From NCBI GenBank assembly GCA_009841725.1, contig VYGS01000046.1, positions 31,780-72,888 of the forward strand: a DNA stretch of 41,109 bases. Reading direction: 5' to 3'. The position numbers and the translations under genes are program-made. This document shows positions 29,453 to 39,291 of the stretch, piece after piece (within the stretch, counting starts at the first letter, position 1; each line of letters starts with the position of its first letter). The notes under the pieces were generated by a model. It was not told the origin of the DNA. It did no database searches and saw nothing but the letters and a program-made list of their open reading frames with translations. The DNA is from Gammaproteobacteria bacterium. GTDB lineage: Bacteria > Pseudomonadota > Gammaproteobacteria > Arenicellales > Poriferihabitantaceae.

Positions 29453-29576
29453 ACCCTCCGCACGGAGGATGCCCGGTCTTTCGGAATTTATCGATTATGA
29501 CATTGAAATCTGGCTTCATGATAACATCAGTGCTTTCTTCCAAATATCAAATTACAGTCTCTCATCAGCATGATCA

Positions 29577-30284
29577 ATGAAACCACTCAATGATTTATCA
29601 GTTGAAGATTCTGGAGATATGTGTGCCAAGCTGAATCAAATTGACGTTACCATACCGCCTCGGACACAAGGAAGAACCTCGCAGCACAGAGAAGCGCGGG
29701 TGGCACGTGATTTTCTTGAAGTGATCTCAGATACGGACCTGCTTAACTATCCCCTACACATAAGACATCAAGACAGACCTGATTTCCTCTTGTCGTCCCA
29801 AGGCAGAACGACGGGTATCGAGATCACCGTATGCGAGCATCCAGATGCATCAAGAGCAGACGCATACTCCGAGAACAAGGGGTTATCAGGTATCCAAGGC
29901 GTGCCATCATATCGTATTGGAGAACAACGTTCTCGTAAAGAAATAAGGGCAATTGCGACAGGAAACGCCAACATCTACCCTGCTATGGGGAGGGAATGGG
30001 AAGATAACTGGATTGATGCCATAGTGGACTCGGTGAAGAAAAAGGACGGGAAGTTCAGGTCTGAAGAATTCGGGAAGCATGACAGAAACTGGCTACTTGT
30101 TTATGACAACTGGAGTCCTTATCCTACCGATCTGGACGATCGGGATTTCGAACACCTCGTCAATCGGTTACATGGGAGTAGCTGTCAAAATACTTTTGAC
30201 AAGGTATTCATTCTTAAGCGGAATTCCTATGGACTTTTGGAGTTTTCTCCCAAGTCAATGAAATATGTCGAGTATCCAATTTAA
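29577..30284 (+). CDS. Hypothetical protein with a PD-(D/E)XK-like nuclease signature
   Basis: HQDRPDFLL...TTGIEIT pattern, later KKK and WLLVYD; the nuclease assignment is motif-level only. Confidence 0.5.
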   Translation: MKPLNDLSVEDSGDMCAKLNQIDVTIPPRTQGRTSQHREARVARDFLEVISDTDLLNYPLHIRHQDRPDFLLSSQGRTTGIEITVCEHPDASRADAYSENKGLSGIQGVPSYRIGEQRSRKEIRAIATGNANIYPAMGREWEDNWIDAIVDSVKKKDGKFRSEEFGKHDRNWLLVYDNWSPYPTDLDDRDFEHLVNRLHGSSCQNTFDKVFILKRNSYGLLEFSPKSMKYVEYPI

Positions 30285-30300
30285 GATTTCTTATCGAACA

Positions 30301-31413
30301 ATGCTATCGCCCACAGACAATCAAGAAGAACAAATTGAAGGTCTCGGGAAACCGGACGACTTACAAACAACCGATTACCCGCTTGATGACATCATGGTTC
30401 GCTCTGAAACGCGAGCCGTCGGGGATGTCGTCAGACGCATAGAGGGCAATCGATTTCTCATGGATCCTGATTTTCAACGCGATTTTGTATGGGAACCAGC
30501 GCGCCAGTCGAAGCTCATCGAGAGTTGCATAATGCGTATTCCCCTTCCGGTCCTGTACGTTGCGGAAGGCATTGACGGCCGTATCGTTGTAGTGGACGGG
30601 CTGCAAAGACTGACTACCTTCGTCCGATTCATCAAGAACGAATTGAGGCTCACGGGGTTAGGCAAAGACCATCCGCTCCACGGCAAACGTTATTCCGATC
30701 TACCCGTTAATCTACAGGAACGTGTCGAAGACACTCAACTGACGCTCTATATACTCGACAAGAACGCACCACAACGCGCCAAATTGGACATTTTCGATCG
30801 AGTCAACAGTGGCTCTGCCCTGACCCGCCAACAGATGCGCAACGCACTTTACAATGGCATCGGCACGCAATGGTTATCCAAAATGGCCAACCGTACCGAA
30901 TTCCTTGAAGCGACTGGAGGATCTCTGAACAGCAAGACTATGCGTGACCGCGAGGCTGTAAATCGCTTTGCGGCATTCCACGTTTTGGGGGCTGATGCAT
31001 ACCACAATGGAGACATGGACGAATTTCTCGCTCGTACCATTGTGCTCTTGAACGACAAGGACGAGGCGTGGCTCAAACGTCTGGGAAAACGGTTCTGTCT
31101 CTCCATGCGCAACAATCATGTCATTTTCGGGAAGCACGCTTTCCGAAGATCCCTGACCCGGGCGCAGGATCAGCGCTCGCCCATCAACATTTCCCTCTTC
31201 GATGTTTTTTCAACATTATTCTCTGTCACGCCAGAGAAGACAATCAATAACAATGCCGATGAAATTGTGGGCCGTGTCGTAGAACTCGTGAACGACGAAG
31301 AATATGCATATACCGTCACATACTCCACAAACAGCACCAGCCAAGTAAAATCCCGCTTCAACTTGACCATGGAAGCCCTCGGAGACTTTCAGGATTTGGA
31401 GTTCCTCAAGTGA
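30301..31413 (+). CDS. DUF262 (GmrS/ParB-like) protein, Menshen NsnA-like
   Basis: PDFQRDFVW, LIESCIMRIPLP, VVDGLQRLTT, IFDRVNSG. Start 30265 or 30301. Confidence 0.88.
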   Translation: MLSPTDNQEEQIEGLGKPDDLQTTDYPLDDIMVRSETRAVGDVVRRIEGNRFLMDPDFQRDFVWEPARQSKLIESCIMRIPLPVLYVAEGIDGRIVVVDGLQRLTTFVRFIKNELRLTGLGKDHPLHGKRYSDLPVNLQERVEDTQLTLYILDKNAPQRAKLDIFDRVNSGSALTRQQMRNALYNGIGTQWLSKMANRTEFLEATGGSLNSKTMRDREAVNRFAAFHVLGADAYHNGDMDEFLARTIVLLNDKDEAWLKRLGKRFCLSMRNNHVIFGKHAFRRSLTRAQDQRSPINISLFDVFSTLFSVTPEKTINNNADEIVGRVVELVNDEEYAYTVTYSTNSTSQVKSRFNLTMEALGDFQDLEFLK

Positions 31414-32555
31414 CTATTGGACAAATTTCTCTACGAAACTTCAAGTGCTTCAAGGCGCTGGACCTGCCATGTGCACCCCTGACGCTTCTTACCGGCCGCA
31501 ACGGTGGGGGCAAATCAACCGCACTTCAAGCATTCCTGCTACTCGTCCAAGGCCTCCGAGAGGCTCCGAACAATAACCTTCTTCCGCTTAACGGAGCGCT
31601 TGTCAGTCTTGGTACCGGAGGCGATGTGCTCCACTACTCAGCCTCCTCCCAGAAGCTGCGCTTGGGCGTATCAAATTCTGTTGAACAGGCGATCTGGGAT
31701 TTCGAGGTCGATAAAGGCCTCTCAACACGTGGCCTCATGACTCTTACCGACATCAGATACTCTAGAAGCGATGATGCCCTCGATATCTCTAACCACCAAA
31801 TCCGCCCCTCAGAGATGGGAAACTCCGACCTGATCCACTCACTTTGGAACGCCACCTTCATAGGCGCCGGACGGGAAATGCAACTCGAATCCTATCCTGT
31901 TCCTCAGTCACCAGCTCACGTACGTGGAGACGTCGGTCGTTCAGGGGAGTACGCTCCATACTGGTATCTCGAGTTTGCGGATGAAGAGGTCGCCCCCAAG
32001 CGTCGACATCCGAAAGATCAACGAGAGACCGTCCGGGCACAGGTTGATGCTTGGCTCGACGAATTTTTTCCCGGTGCACGCGCTAACGCAGACCGACTGT
32101 CTGCAGACGCTCCCTTACGTCTCTCTTTCAGTCTTGGGAAGACCAGTCCATGGTCGAAACCGGCCAATGTTGGCTACGGCCTCAGTTATGCATTTCCGAT
32201 GCTCGTGACACTGTTGACAGCCGAAGCCGGATCTACTGTTGTGATCGATAGTGCAGAATCCCACCTTCATCCCCAAGCCCAATCTGCTGTCGGTTATCTT
32301 ATTGCAAGAGTGGCTGGCTCAGGTCTGCAAGTCCTGCTCGAATCTCACAGCGACCATCTGCTAAACGGCGTACGACTTGCCGTTCGCGATGGCTTGCTGG
32401 AGCCCAATGATGCCACTATCCACTTCTTCGACCAACCCGCCCAATCTTCCGTGACTACTGTATCGGTAGATAGGAACGGCGCAATCAGCGACTGGCCTCA
32501 AGGATTCTTCGATCAGACAGAGCGGGATCTCGCCGCACTTTCCGGGTGGTGCTGA
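31410..32555 (+). CDS. ABC-type ATPase with C-terminal DUF3696, Menshen NsnB-like
   Basis: LRNFKCF, Walker A GRNGGGKST, VGYGLSY, IDSAESHLHP, ESHSDH, terminal DWPQGFFDQ; GTGA overlap with the upstream gene. Confidence 0.88.
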   Translation: MTIGQISLRNFKCFKALDLPCAPLTLLTGRNGGGKSTALQAFLLLVQGLREAPNNNLLPLNGALVSLGTGGDVLHYSASSQKLRLGVSNSVEQAIWDFEVDKGLSTRGLMTLTDIRYSRSDDALDISNHQIRPSEMGNSDLIHSLWNATFIGAGREMQLESYPVPQSPAHVRGDVGRSGEYAPYWYLEFADEEVAPKRRHPKDQRETVRAQVDAWLDEFFPGARANADRLSADAPLRLSFSLGKTSPWSKPANVGYGLSYAFPMLVTLLTAEAGSTVVIDSAESHLHPQAQSAVGYLIARVAGSGLQVLLESHSDHLLNGVRLAVRDGLLEPNDATIHFFDQPAQSSVTTVSVDRNGAISDWPQGFFDQTERDLAALSGWC

Positions 32556-32563
32556 GCCGCCCT

Positions 32564-33514
32564 ATGCGCATATTCCTGAACGAATTGGCCCTTGCAGAAG
32601 CCTGGACCTCCGCTTCTTCGGCTTGCCGGATTTTGGTCGATATTCTTCATGCACGCCAACAGCAGTCAATGCTCCGTGATTCTCTCTACTGTACTCGGGG
32701 AATGGCATCTGTGCCAATTCCCTCCGGAATACCCCTGTCACATGCGGCGCAGAAACTGCCGCACGACATGCGGATTCAGCTGTTAAGCTGGATAAACAAA
32801 TACGGTCCATTCATCGAAGACGACCGAATAGCTATCTTCGAGGATCTTTTTTTCTTCGAAAATGAAGATGTTACTGAACTAGGTATTGGTGAGGCGGCCC
32901 GACGCATCCGGGCCAAAATCAACACTGCAACCTTAAGCCCGACCGGTAATCTATCCAGCCGCTTTGGGGGTGATGAACTTGACGTTGTACATGGACTGCT
33001 GGAAAACCCCATTGCCCGAATTTCGGTTCCCAACTACACTGACATAAATCGCTTGGTCAAAATACTTGCCGGTCTAGTTCCCGCCCCGAAGAATTGGGGG
33101 GAACTCCTTGAGGTTTGTCGCAGCCGATTCGATTTACTCCACATCGGACCCAATTGCGATAAAACCATAGCTCGTTTCCCCTATATTCCGGCTGCAGGGC
33201 GTCGTATCATCAGCCTGCTTGGTATATTGCAGCAAATCATGACCGAGACGGATAGTGCTGGCCGACTTTCTCAAACCGGACTGGAACTACACAAGAATTA
33301 CTTTACCGGTGAAGAAGCTTGTTTTTCGGACGAATCCGAGTCTCGAAGGAACCAGCCGAAAAAATTCACGTTTCCAGACCCCGATGGCGGAAACAATTTC
33401 GTGTGTTTCTGGCATGGTAAGGTCCGGACTGCCGCGATCAGAATTTATTTCGATTGGCCGGTAGAACCGGGCAAGAGGCGCATCCGTATCGTTTACATCG
33501 GTCCACACATTTAG
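32564..33514 (+). CDS. Putative effector with C-terminal RelE-like domain, Menshen NsnC-like
   Basis: Third gene after DUF262 and the DUF3696 ATPase; starts MRIFLNELAL and ends WHGK...IRIYFDW...IVYIGPHI. Alternative GTG start at 32546. Confidence 0.6.
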   Translation: MRIFLNELALAEAWTSASSACRILVDILHARQQQSMLRDSLYCTRGMASVPIPSGIPLSHAAQKLPHDMRIQLLSWINKYGPFIEDDRIAIFEDLFFFENEDVTELGIGEAARRIRAKINTATLSPTGNLSSRFGGDELDVVHGLLENPIARISVPNYTDINRLVKILAGLVPAPKNWGELLEVCRSRFDLLHIGPNCDKTIARFPYIPAAGRRIISLLGILQQIMTETDSAGRLSQTGLELHKNYFTGEEACFSDESESRRNQPKKFTFPDPDGGNNFVCFWHGKVRTAAIRIYFDWPVEPGKRRIRIVYIGPHI

Positions 33515-33518
33515 ATCC

Positions 33519-34214
33519 ATGGACAATCTCAAGATAGTGGCTTTCGATGTATTCGGCACGGTGGTCGACTGGTACGGCTCGGTCTCCCGGGAGATCGCCT
33601 CGGTCGCCCCGCAAATCGATGCGGACGAATTCACCTTGGCCTGGCGCGGCGGGTACGCCCCGGCCATGCAGAAGGTCGCATCCGGGGAACTTGGCTGGAC
33701 CCTCATCGACGACCTCCACCGGATGATTCTCGATGAGCTGCTGGACCGGTTCGGGGTCGACGGCCTGGACGAAGCGCAAACCGTTCACCTGAACAGGGTC
33801 TGGCACCGCCTCGGCCCGTGGCCGGATTCCGTGGAAGGGCTGGCCCGCCTGAAAACCCGCTACACGATCTGTACGCTGTCGAACGGCAACATGGGCCTGC
33901 TGGCCGACATGGCGAAACGCGCCGGCCTGCCCTGGGACTGCATACTGTCTGCCGAGGTTTTCCGCAAGTACAAGCCCGATCCCGCCACCTATCTCGGTGT
34001 CGCGAAGACGTTTGACGTGGCGCCGGAAGAGGTGATGCTCGCCGCCGCCCACCACGACGATCTGGAGGCCGCCCGGCGCTGCGGCCTGAAAACCGCGTTC
34101 ATCGAACGACCGATGGAATTCGGGCCGAACCGGGGCAACGATATCTCGCCCCGCCCCGGCAACGACCTGCACTGCCGGGATATTCTGGATCTGGCCGAAC
34201 GGCTATCCTGCTGA
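33519..34214 (+). CDS. Haloacid dehalogenase type II (HAD superfamily)
   Basis: AFDVFGTVVDW, WHRLGPWPDS, LSNGN, YKPDP..Y, AAHHDDL.AA. Confidence 0.92.
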   Translation: MDNLKIVAFDVFGTVVDWYGSVSREIASVAPQIDADEFTLAWRGGYAPAMQKVASGELGWTLIDDLHRMILDELLDRFGVDGLDEAQTVHLNRVWHRLGPWPDSVEGLARLKTRYTICTLSNGNMGLLADMAKRAGLPWDCILSAEVFRKYKPDPATYLGVAKTFDVAPEEVMLAAAHHDDLEAARRCGLKTAFIERPMEFGPNRGNDISPRPGNDLHCRDILDLAERLSC

Positions 34215-35174
34215 GGTGTGTGCCGGGCTCAGTGCCGGCAGACGATCCAGATCGACATTGCCCCCGGACAGGATCACCCCGATCCGCTTGCCGGCGAACC
34301 GGTCCGGATTTCCAAGGATGGCGGCAAGGGGTGTCGCCGCGCTGGGTTCGACAACGATCTTCATTCTTTCCAGGATGCGGTACATCGCGCCGATGATCTC
34401 CTGTTCGCTGACCGTCAGGATTCCGGTGACACAACGGGAAATGAAATGCCAAGTGAGCGGCTCAAGGCTGGTCTTCAGCCCGTCGGCAACGGTCCGTACC
34501 CGGTCCATTCGGACAATATGCCCGGCTTTCAGGGACTGGAAGGCGTCATCCGCCTGCTCCGGCTCTGCCGCATAGATCTCGGTGCCGGGCGAGAGACTCG
34601 AAAGCGTCACACAGCTCCCCGACATCAGCCCGCCGCCTCCAATTGGCGCGACCACCGCATCAAGCGGGGCGGATTGCTCGAGCAGTTCCAGCGCGCAGGT
34701 TCCCTGTCCGGCGATCACCCTCGAATCATTGTAGGGATGGACGAACTCGGAACCGGTTTCGGCGATCACCCGCTCGAGCGTTTCCACCCGGGCTCGATTC
34801 AGCGGTTCGCACGGTACGATGCGGCCGCCGTACCCGGCCACTGCGTTCTGCTTGCTTCTCGGTGCGTCCGACGGCATCACCACCGTGGCCGCGATGCCGA
34901 GTCGGCCCGCGGCATAGCTCAGCGCCTGGGCATGATTGCCGGAAGAATGGGTGGCCACGCCCCGGCTGTGCTGTTCACGGGGCAGGCCAAAGACCGCGTT
35001 GCACGCCCCGCGAGCCTTGAACGAGCCGGTTTTCTGGAAGTTCTCGCACTTGAAAAACAGCTCCGCGCCGGACAGCGCGTCCATGAAGGCGCTCCGCAAG
35101 ACCGGGGTGACGTGAACGTGCCCGGCAATCCGCCCGGCCGCCGCCCTGACGGAATCGATGTTCGGTATGTCCAT
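34203..35174 (-). CDS. bhcB: PLP-dependent serine/threonine dehydratase family; closest in motifs to beta-hydroxyaspartate dehydratase BhcB
   Basis: FKCENFQKTGSFKARGACNAVFGL, GVATHSSGNHA, VHPYNDSRVIAGQGTC, AAEPEQADDA, TVADGL, LTWHF, GGNVDLD.LP. Confidence 0.72.
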   Translation of the reverse strand: MDIPNIDSVRAAAGRIAGHVHVTPVLRSAFMDALSGAELFFKCENFQKTGSFKARGACNAVFGLPREQHSRGVATHSSGNHAQALSYAAGRLGIAATVVMPSDAPRSKQNAVAGYGGRIVPCEPLNRARVETLERVIAETGSEFVHPYNDSRVIAGQGTCALELLEQSAPLDAVVAPIGGGGLMSGSCVTLSSLSPGTEIYAAEPEQADDAFQSLKAGHIVRMDRVRTVADGLKTSLEPLTWHFISRCVTGILTVSEQEIIGAMYRILERMKIVVEPSAATPLAAILGNPDRFAGKRIGVILSGGNVDLDRLPALSPAHTSAG

Positions 35175-35214
35175 GCCGGCTCGAAAAGGCGACTGCTTGC
35201 AGACCGCTCGCCGG

Positions 35215-37383
35215 CTAGCTCCCGCGCGACGCCTTGAATTCCCGCCGCCGCGGATGGAGAACGTATTCGGTGTAGCCGTTCGGCAACTCGCACCCCCGGA
35301 ACACCAGTTCCAGGGCCGTCCGGTAGGCAATGCTGCCATCCAGATTGTCGGACATGGGCGTATAGGCCGGATCCCCGGCATTCTGCCCGTCGACCACGGA
35401 CGCCATTCTCTCGAACACCTCTTCCACCAGCTCACGGCTGACCAGGCCGTGGCGCAGCCAGTTGGCAATGTGCTGGCTGGATATCCGCAGGGTCGCCCGG
35501 TCCTCCATCAGCGCCACGTCACTGATGTCCGGCACCTTGCTGCAGCCGATCCCCTGATCAATCCACCGAACCACGTATCCGAGAATTCCCTGGGCATTGT
35601 TTTCGACTTCGCGCACAATCCGCGACGGATCAAGATCCGGATCCGTCATGACCGGGACTGTGAGAATGTCCTCGAGGCTCCCCTTGACGCGACCGGCAAG
35701 CTGCCACTGCCGCTGCCCGACATTCACCATGTGATAATGCATGGCATGCAATGTCGCGGCAGTCGGCGAAGGCACCCATGCCGTGTTCGCTCCCGCGCGG
35801 GGGTGGGCGATTTTCTCCCGGACCATGCCTTCCATGAAGTCGGGCGCGGCCCACATTCCCTTGCCGATCTGTCCATGTCCCGGCATCCCGGTTTCGAGTC
35901 CGACCTCGACGTTGCGGTCTTCATAGGACAGCAGCCACGGGGCCGTCTTCATCTCGCTCTTGGGAATCATCGGCCCGGCTTCCATTTCGCTGTGTATCTC
36001 ATCGCCGGTCCGGTCGAGGAATCCGGTGTTGATGAACACCACCCGCTCGCGCGCGGCACGAATGCATTCGGAAAGATTGACCGTGGTCCGGCGCTCCTCG
36101 TCCATGATGCCGATCTTGACCGTGTTTTCCGAAAGGCCCAGATGCGTCTCGACCCGGGAGAACAGATCGACTGCGAGCGCGACTTCGTCCGGGCCATGCA
36201 TTTTCGGCTTGACGACATAGATGCTGCCCTTGCGGCTGTTCCGGATGCCCGATCCCTTGAGATCGTGCAATGCGGCCACGGCCGACACCATGGCGTCCAG
36301 GAAGGTTTCCGGGATGTCGTCACCATCGCAGGTGACGACATCCGTGTCAATGTGCATGCCGACATTGCGCACGAACATCAGCCCCCGTCCGTGCAGCGTG
36401 AACGGCGTCCCGTCCGGCCCCAGATATTCCCTGTCCGGGTTCAGCCGCCGGGTGAAGCGCTTGCCGCCCTTGCTCATCTTTGCCGTCAGGGTTCCCTTCA
36501 TGAGGCCGCACCAGTTCCGGTAGGCGTTCACCTTGTCTTCGGCATCGACCGTCGCAACGGCATCCTCGAGATCCATGATCGACGTAATCGCCGATTCGAT
36601 CACCATGTCCTTGATGTGCGCGAGATCGGCCTTGCCGATTTCGCTGTCATCCCCGATCTCGAGCTCGATGTGGAGATCGTTGTTCCGAAGGAGAATTCCG
36701 CAAGGCGAATCGGGATTGCCGCGATACCCGGCAAAGCACTCCTTCATGCCGAGACCGGATTCGCTGCCGTCACCCATGCGCGCGACAAGCCGGCCCGCGC
36801 AAACCCGATAGCTGACGACATGCGCATGACTTCCCGCGGCAAGCGGAACGGCCCGGTCGAGAAAGTCCCTCGCATACGCGATGACCCGGGAACCTCTCAC
36901 CGGATTGTAACGACTCCCCTTCGCGCCGCCGTCCGTTTCCGGGATGATGTCGGAACCGTACAATGCGTCATACAGGCTGTTCCAGCGGGCATTGGCGGCG
37001 TTGAGCGCATAGCGGGCGTTGTCGACCGGCACCACCAGCTGGGGCCCGGCAATCACCGACACCTCGTCATCGACATTGTCGGTGACGATCCGGAACGGTT
37101 CGCCCCGCCTGCACAGATAGCCGATCTCCTCCAGGAATTCCCGGTAGGCGTCGAAATCGACCGGTCCGGGATTCGCCCGGTGCCAGTCGTCAAGGCGTTC
37201 CTGGAGACGGTCGCGCCGTTCAAGCAATTCCCGGTTCCTCGGACGGAATGTCCGGATGATGTCAAACAGGCCGTCCCAGAACCCCTCCGGGGCAACCTCC
37301 GTTCCGGGAAGAATTTCATTGTTGACCAAGTCATAAAGTGACGGGTCGATACTCAGTCCGTGCTTGTCGATACGCTGTTTCAT
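35215..37383 (-). CDS. glcB: Malate synthase G
   Basis: [79 protein letters not shown]; 722 aa. Confidence 0.97.
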   Translation of the reverse strand: MKQRIDKHGLSIDPSLYDLVNNEILPGTEVAPEGFWDGLFDIIRTFRPRNRELLERRDRLQERLDDWHRANPGPVDFDAYREFLEEIGYLCRRGEPFRIVTDNVDDEVSVIAGPQLVVPVDNARYALNAANARWNSLYDALYGSDIIPETDGGAKGSRYNPVRGSRVIAYARDFLDRAVPLAAGSHAHVVSYRVCAGRLVARMGDGSESGLGMKECFAGYRGNPDSPCGILLRNNDLHIELEIGDDSEIGKADLAHIKDMVIESAITSIMDLEDAVATVDAEDKVNAYRNWCGLMKGTLTAKMSKGGKRFTRRLNPDREYLGPDGTPFTLHGRGLMFVRNVGMHIDTDVVTCDGDDIPETFLDAMVSAVAALHDLKGSGIRNSRKGSIYVVKPKMHGPDEVALAVDLFSRVETHLGLSENTVKIGIMDEERRTTVNLSECIRAARERVVFINTGFLDRTGDEIHSEMEAGPMIPKSEMKTAPWLLSYEDRNVEVGLETGMPGHGQIGKGMWAAPDFMEGMVREKIAHPRAGANTAWVPSPTAATLHAMHYHMVNVGQRQWQLAGRVKGSLEDILTVPVMTDPDLDPSRIVREVENNAQGILGYVVRWIDQGIGCSKVPDISDVALMEDRATLRISSQHIANWLRHGLVSRELVEEVFERMASVVDGQNAGDPAYTPMSDNLDGSIAYRTALELVFRGCELPNGYTEYVLHPRRREFKASRGS

Positions 37384-37462
37384 TGTTTATCGGAATGTAG
37401 ACATTGTTTTCGTAACCTTCCCCTCGCCACGGGAATATATCAGGTGTTGTGCATCGCAACAA

Positions 37463-37577
37463 CGCCCTGTCTCCACATGCACCCCCGGGGCCGGAGCGAT
37501 CAAGTCGATAGCGGACAGTTCATGTGCTATTAAACCGGACAGCTCTATTTGCTCTTGACACGCCCTGTCTCCACATG
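37463..37577 (-). mobile_element. IS-end remnant (81 bp) flanked by a 17-bp direct repeat
   Basis: CGCCCTGTCTCCACATG at 37463-37479 and 37561-37577; the insert on the minus strand starts TGTCAAG and holds two subterminal repeats, AGCAAATAGAGCTGTCCG and AGCACATGAACTGTCCG. Confidence 0.55.
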
Positions 37578-37644
37578 GCGCGTCCGTCGAATCCCGAATC
37601 ACGGGGCGCACCGGGTACGTCCGTTCGCCCGATGGGCTGCCGAT

Positions 37645-38535
37645 TCAGCCGCCGAGAAACAGCTCGCCAACCTTGGGATTGGCGAGCAGATCGTCGCCCC
37701 TCCCGGCAATGGCCAGTTCTCCGGACACCAGGACATAGCCGATATCCGCAAACTCGAGGCCTTTTTTGGCATTCTGTTCGACCATGATGATGGTCTTCTG
37801 CTCGTTGTGCTGGAGATCGTGAAGAATCTCGAACACCATGTCGATGAACCGCGGCTCCAGTCCGATTGACGGCTCGTCAACCAGCAGCAGTTCGGGGTTC
37901 ATGACCAGCGCCCTGGATATTTCAAGCAGTCTGCGTTCGCCACCGCTCAGGACCTTGGCCTGATGCTTGCGTCTCGCCGCCAGTCGGGGATACTTGTCGA
38001 ACACCCTTTCCGCGGCCTCGCGGGCCCGGGCGGGCCGATCCTTCAGATAGCCGCCCATCCACAGGTTCTCTTCCACCGTCATTCCGGGAAAGATGGACTT
38101 GTCCTGCAGGATGTACGCGATCCCGGCCTGGGCGAGTTTCTGGTTCGGGGTCATGGCGGTGACATCCCTGCGTTCGCTGCCGATGGTGATCTGACCGGAG
38201 AAAATTCGCGTGAATCCGAAAATGGAATGCAGGATGGTGGACTTCCCCGCGCCGTTGGGGCCGATCAGGCACAGGGACTGCTTGCGGCCGACCCGAAGAT
38301 GAAAATCATGCAGGATCTGCATCTTCCCATAGCCGGCATTGAGACCGTCGATCATCACGTAGGGATCGCCCTTGCACAGGCTGTCCAGATCCGAGACGTT
38401 CACCGTCTCGGCCATTTCGGCCACCTGCCGGGTCACCTCGTCGACCGAGATCACGGCATCGACTTTGCCGCCCCCGTAGCCCCGGATCGACGCCGCCGTG
38501 TCCTGAGGAGTGTTCTTGTCCTGTTCGGTACTCAT
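37645..38535 (-). CDS. Branched-chain amino acid type ABC transporter ATP-binding protein (LivF-like)
   Basis: GPNGAGKST, LSGGERR, LLVDEPSIGL, MVEQNA; about 55-aa N-terminal extension. Confidence 0.92.
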   Translation of the reverse strand: MSTEQDKNTPQDTAASIRGYGGGKVDAVISVDEVTRQVAEMAETVNVSDLDSLCKGDPYVMIDGLNAGYGKMQILHDFHLRVGRKQSLCLIGPNGAGKSTILHSIFGFTRIFSGQITIGSERRDVTAMTPNQKLAQAGIAYILQDKSIFPGMTVEENLWMGGYLKDRPARAREAAERVFDKYPRLAARRKHQAKVLSGGERRLLEISRALVMNPELLLVDEPSIGLEPRFIDMVFEILHDLQHNEQKTIIMVEQNAKKGLEFADIGYVLVSGELAIAGRGDDLLANPKVGELFLGG

Positions 38536-38547
38536 GGCGAATGCCCG

Positions 38548-39291
38548 TCAGTGTGCGCCGAGGTAGGCATCGATGACCCGCTGATCGTTCTGGACGGCTT
38601 CCGGCTCCCCTTCCGCAAGCAGTTCACCGTGTGCCAGACAATAGATCTTCTGGGCCAGATTCATGATGACCCGCATGTTGTGCTCGATGACAAACAGCGT
38701 GATGCCGAATTCCCGGTTGGCCCGCAGCAGCCGGTCGATCAGTCCGTTGATCAGGGTCGGATTGATGCCCGCGGTCGGCTCGTCGAGCAAGAGGGCCTTC
38801 GGCTCGTTCATCAGCGCCATGGCAAACTCCAGCAGCTTCTGCTGTCCGAAGGAAAGCGAACCGGCCTTCAGGAACCGCTTCTCGTACAGGCCCACGAAAT
38901 CCAGCAGGCGGTCGGCATTCTCGTAATCGGCAGTGCTGTTGCGGCTGAACGATTCGAGAAACCGCATTTTCCTGTGGGGCAGCGAAATCAGCATGTTCTC
39001 GACGCAGTTCATGGCCTTGTAGATCCGCGTTTGCTGGAAGGTCCGGATCAGGCCGAGCCGCGCAATTTCCTGAACATGGATGCGGGAGATCTCCTTGCCC
39101 TCGAACTGTATGGAGCCCGAATCGATCGGATGATAGCCGACAACGGAATTGAACAGGGTCGTCTTGCCCGATCCGTTCGGCCCGATCAGGCCGGTAATGG
39201 CGCCCTGCTGCACGCTCAGGGTAATGTCCTTGTTGGCAACCACCCCGCCGTACGCCTTGGACACATCGCGGATTTCGATGATCGCGCTCAC
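38548..39291 (-). CDS. ABC transporter ATP-binding protein (LivG-like)
   Basis: GPNGSGKTT, RTFQ, LSFGQQK, LLDEPTAG, IEHNM, VIDAYLG; GTG start overlaps the upstream stop. Confidence 0.93.
   Translation of the reverse strand: MSAIIEIRDVSKAYGGVVANKDITLSVQQGAITGLIGPNGSGKTTLFNSVVGYHPIDSGSIQFEGKEISRIHVQEIARLGLIRTFQQTRIYKAMNCVENMLISLPHRKMRFLESFSRNSTADYENADRLLDFVGLYEKRFLKAGSLSFGQQKLLEFAMALMNEPKALLLDEPTAGINPTLINGLIDRLLRANREFGITLFVIEHNMRVIMNLAQKIYCLAHGELLAEGEPEAVQNDQRVIDAYLGAH

Larger units (their letters stand above)
29453..33518. other. Lower-GC four-gene defence island
   Basis: Abrupt shift to AT-richer sequence and codon usage after 29452 and back at about 33519; no integrase or flanking repeat seen. 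Confidence 0.75.

Noticed and set aside
29455-29468. Terminator after the DUF1611 gene (CCTCCG-CA-CGGAGG)
   Set aside because: Short stem with no adjacent U tract; too weak to call
37462-37577. Minimal CRISPR array for the orphan Cas6
   Set aside because: Only two 17-18 bp non-palindromic repeats with an 80-bp spacer, outside CRISPR dimensions
37384-37644. Glycine riboswitch upstream of glcB (tandem GGAGA motifs on the minus strand)
   Set aside because: The CCGAAG and CUCUCAGG core elements are missing; the two GGAGA come from the 17-bp direct repeat
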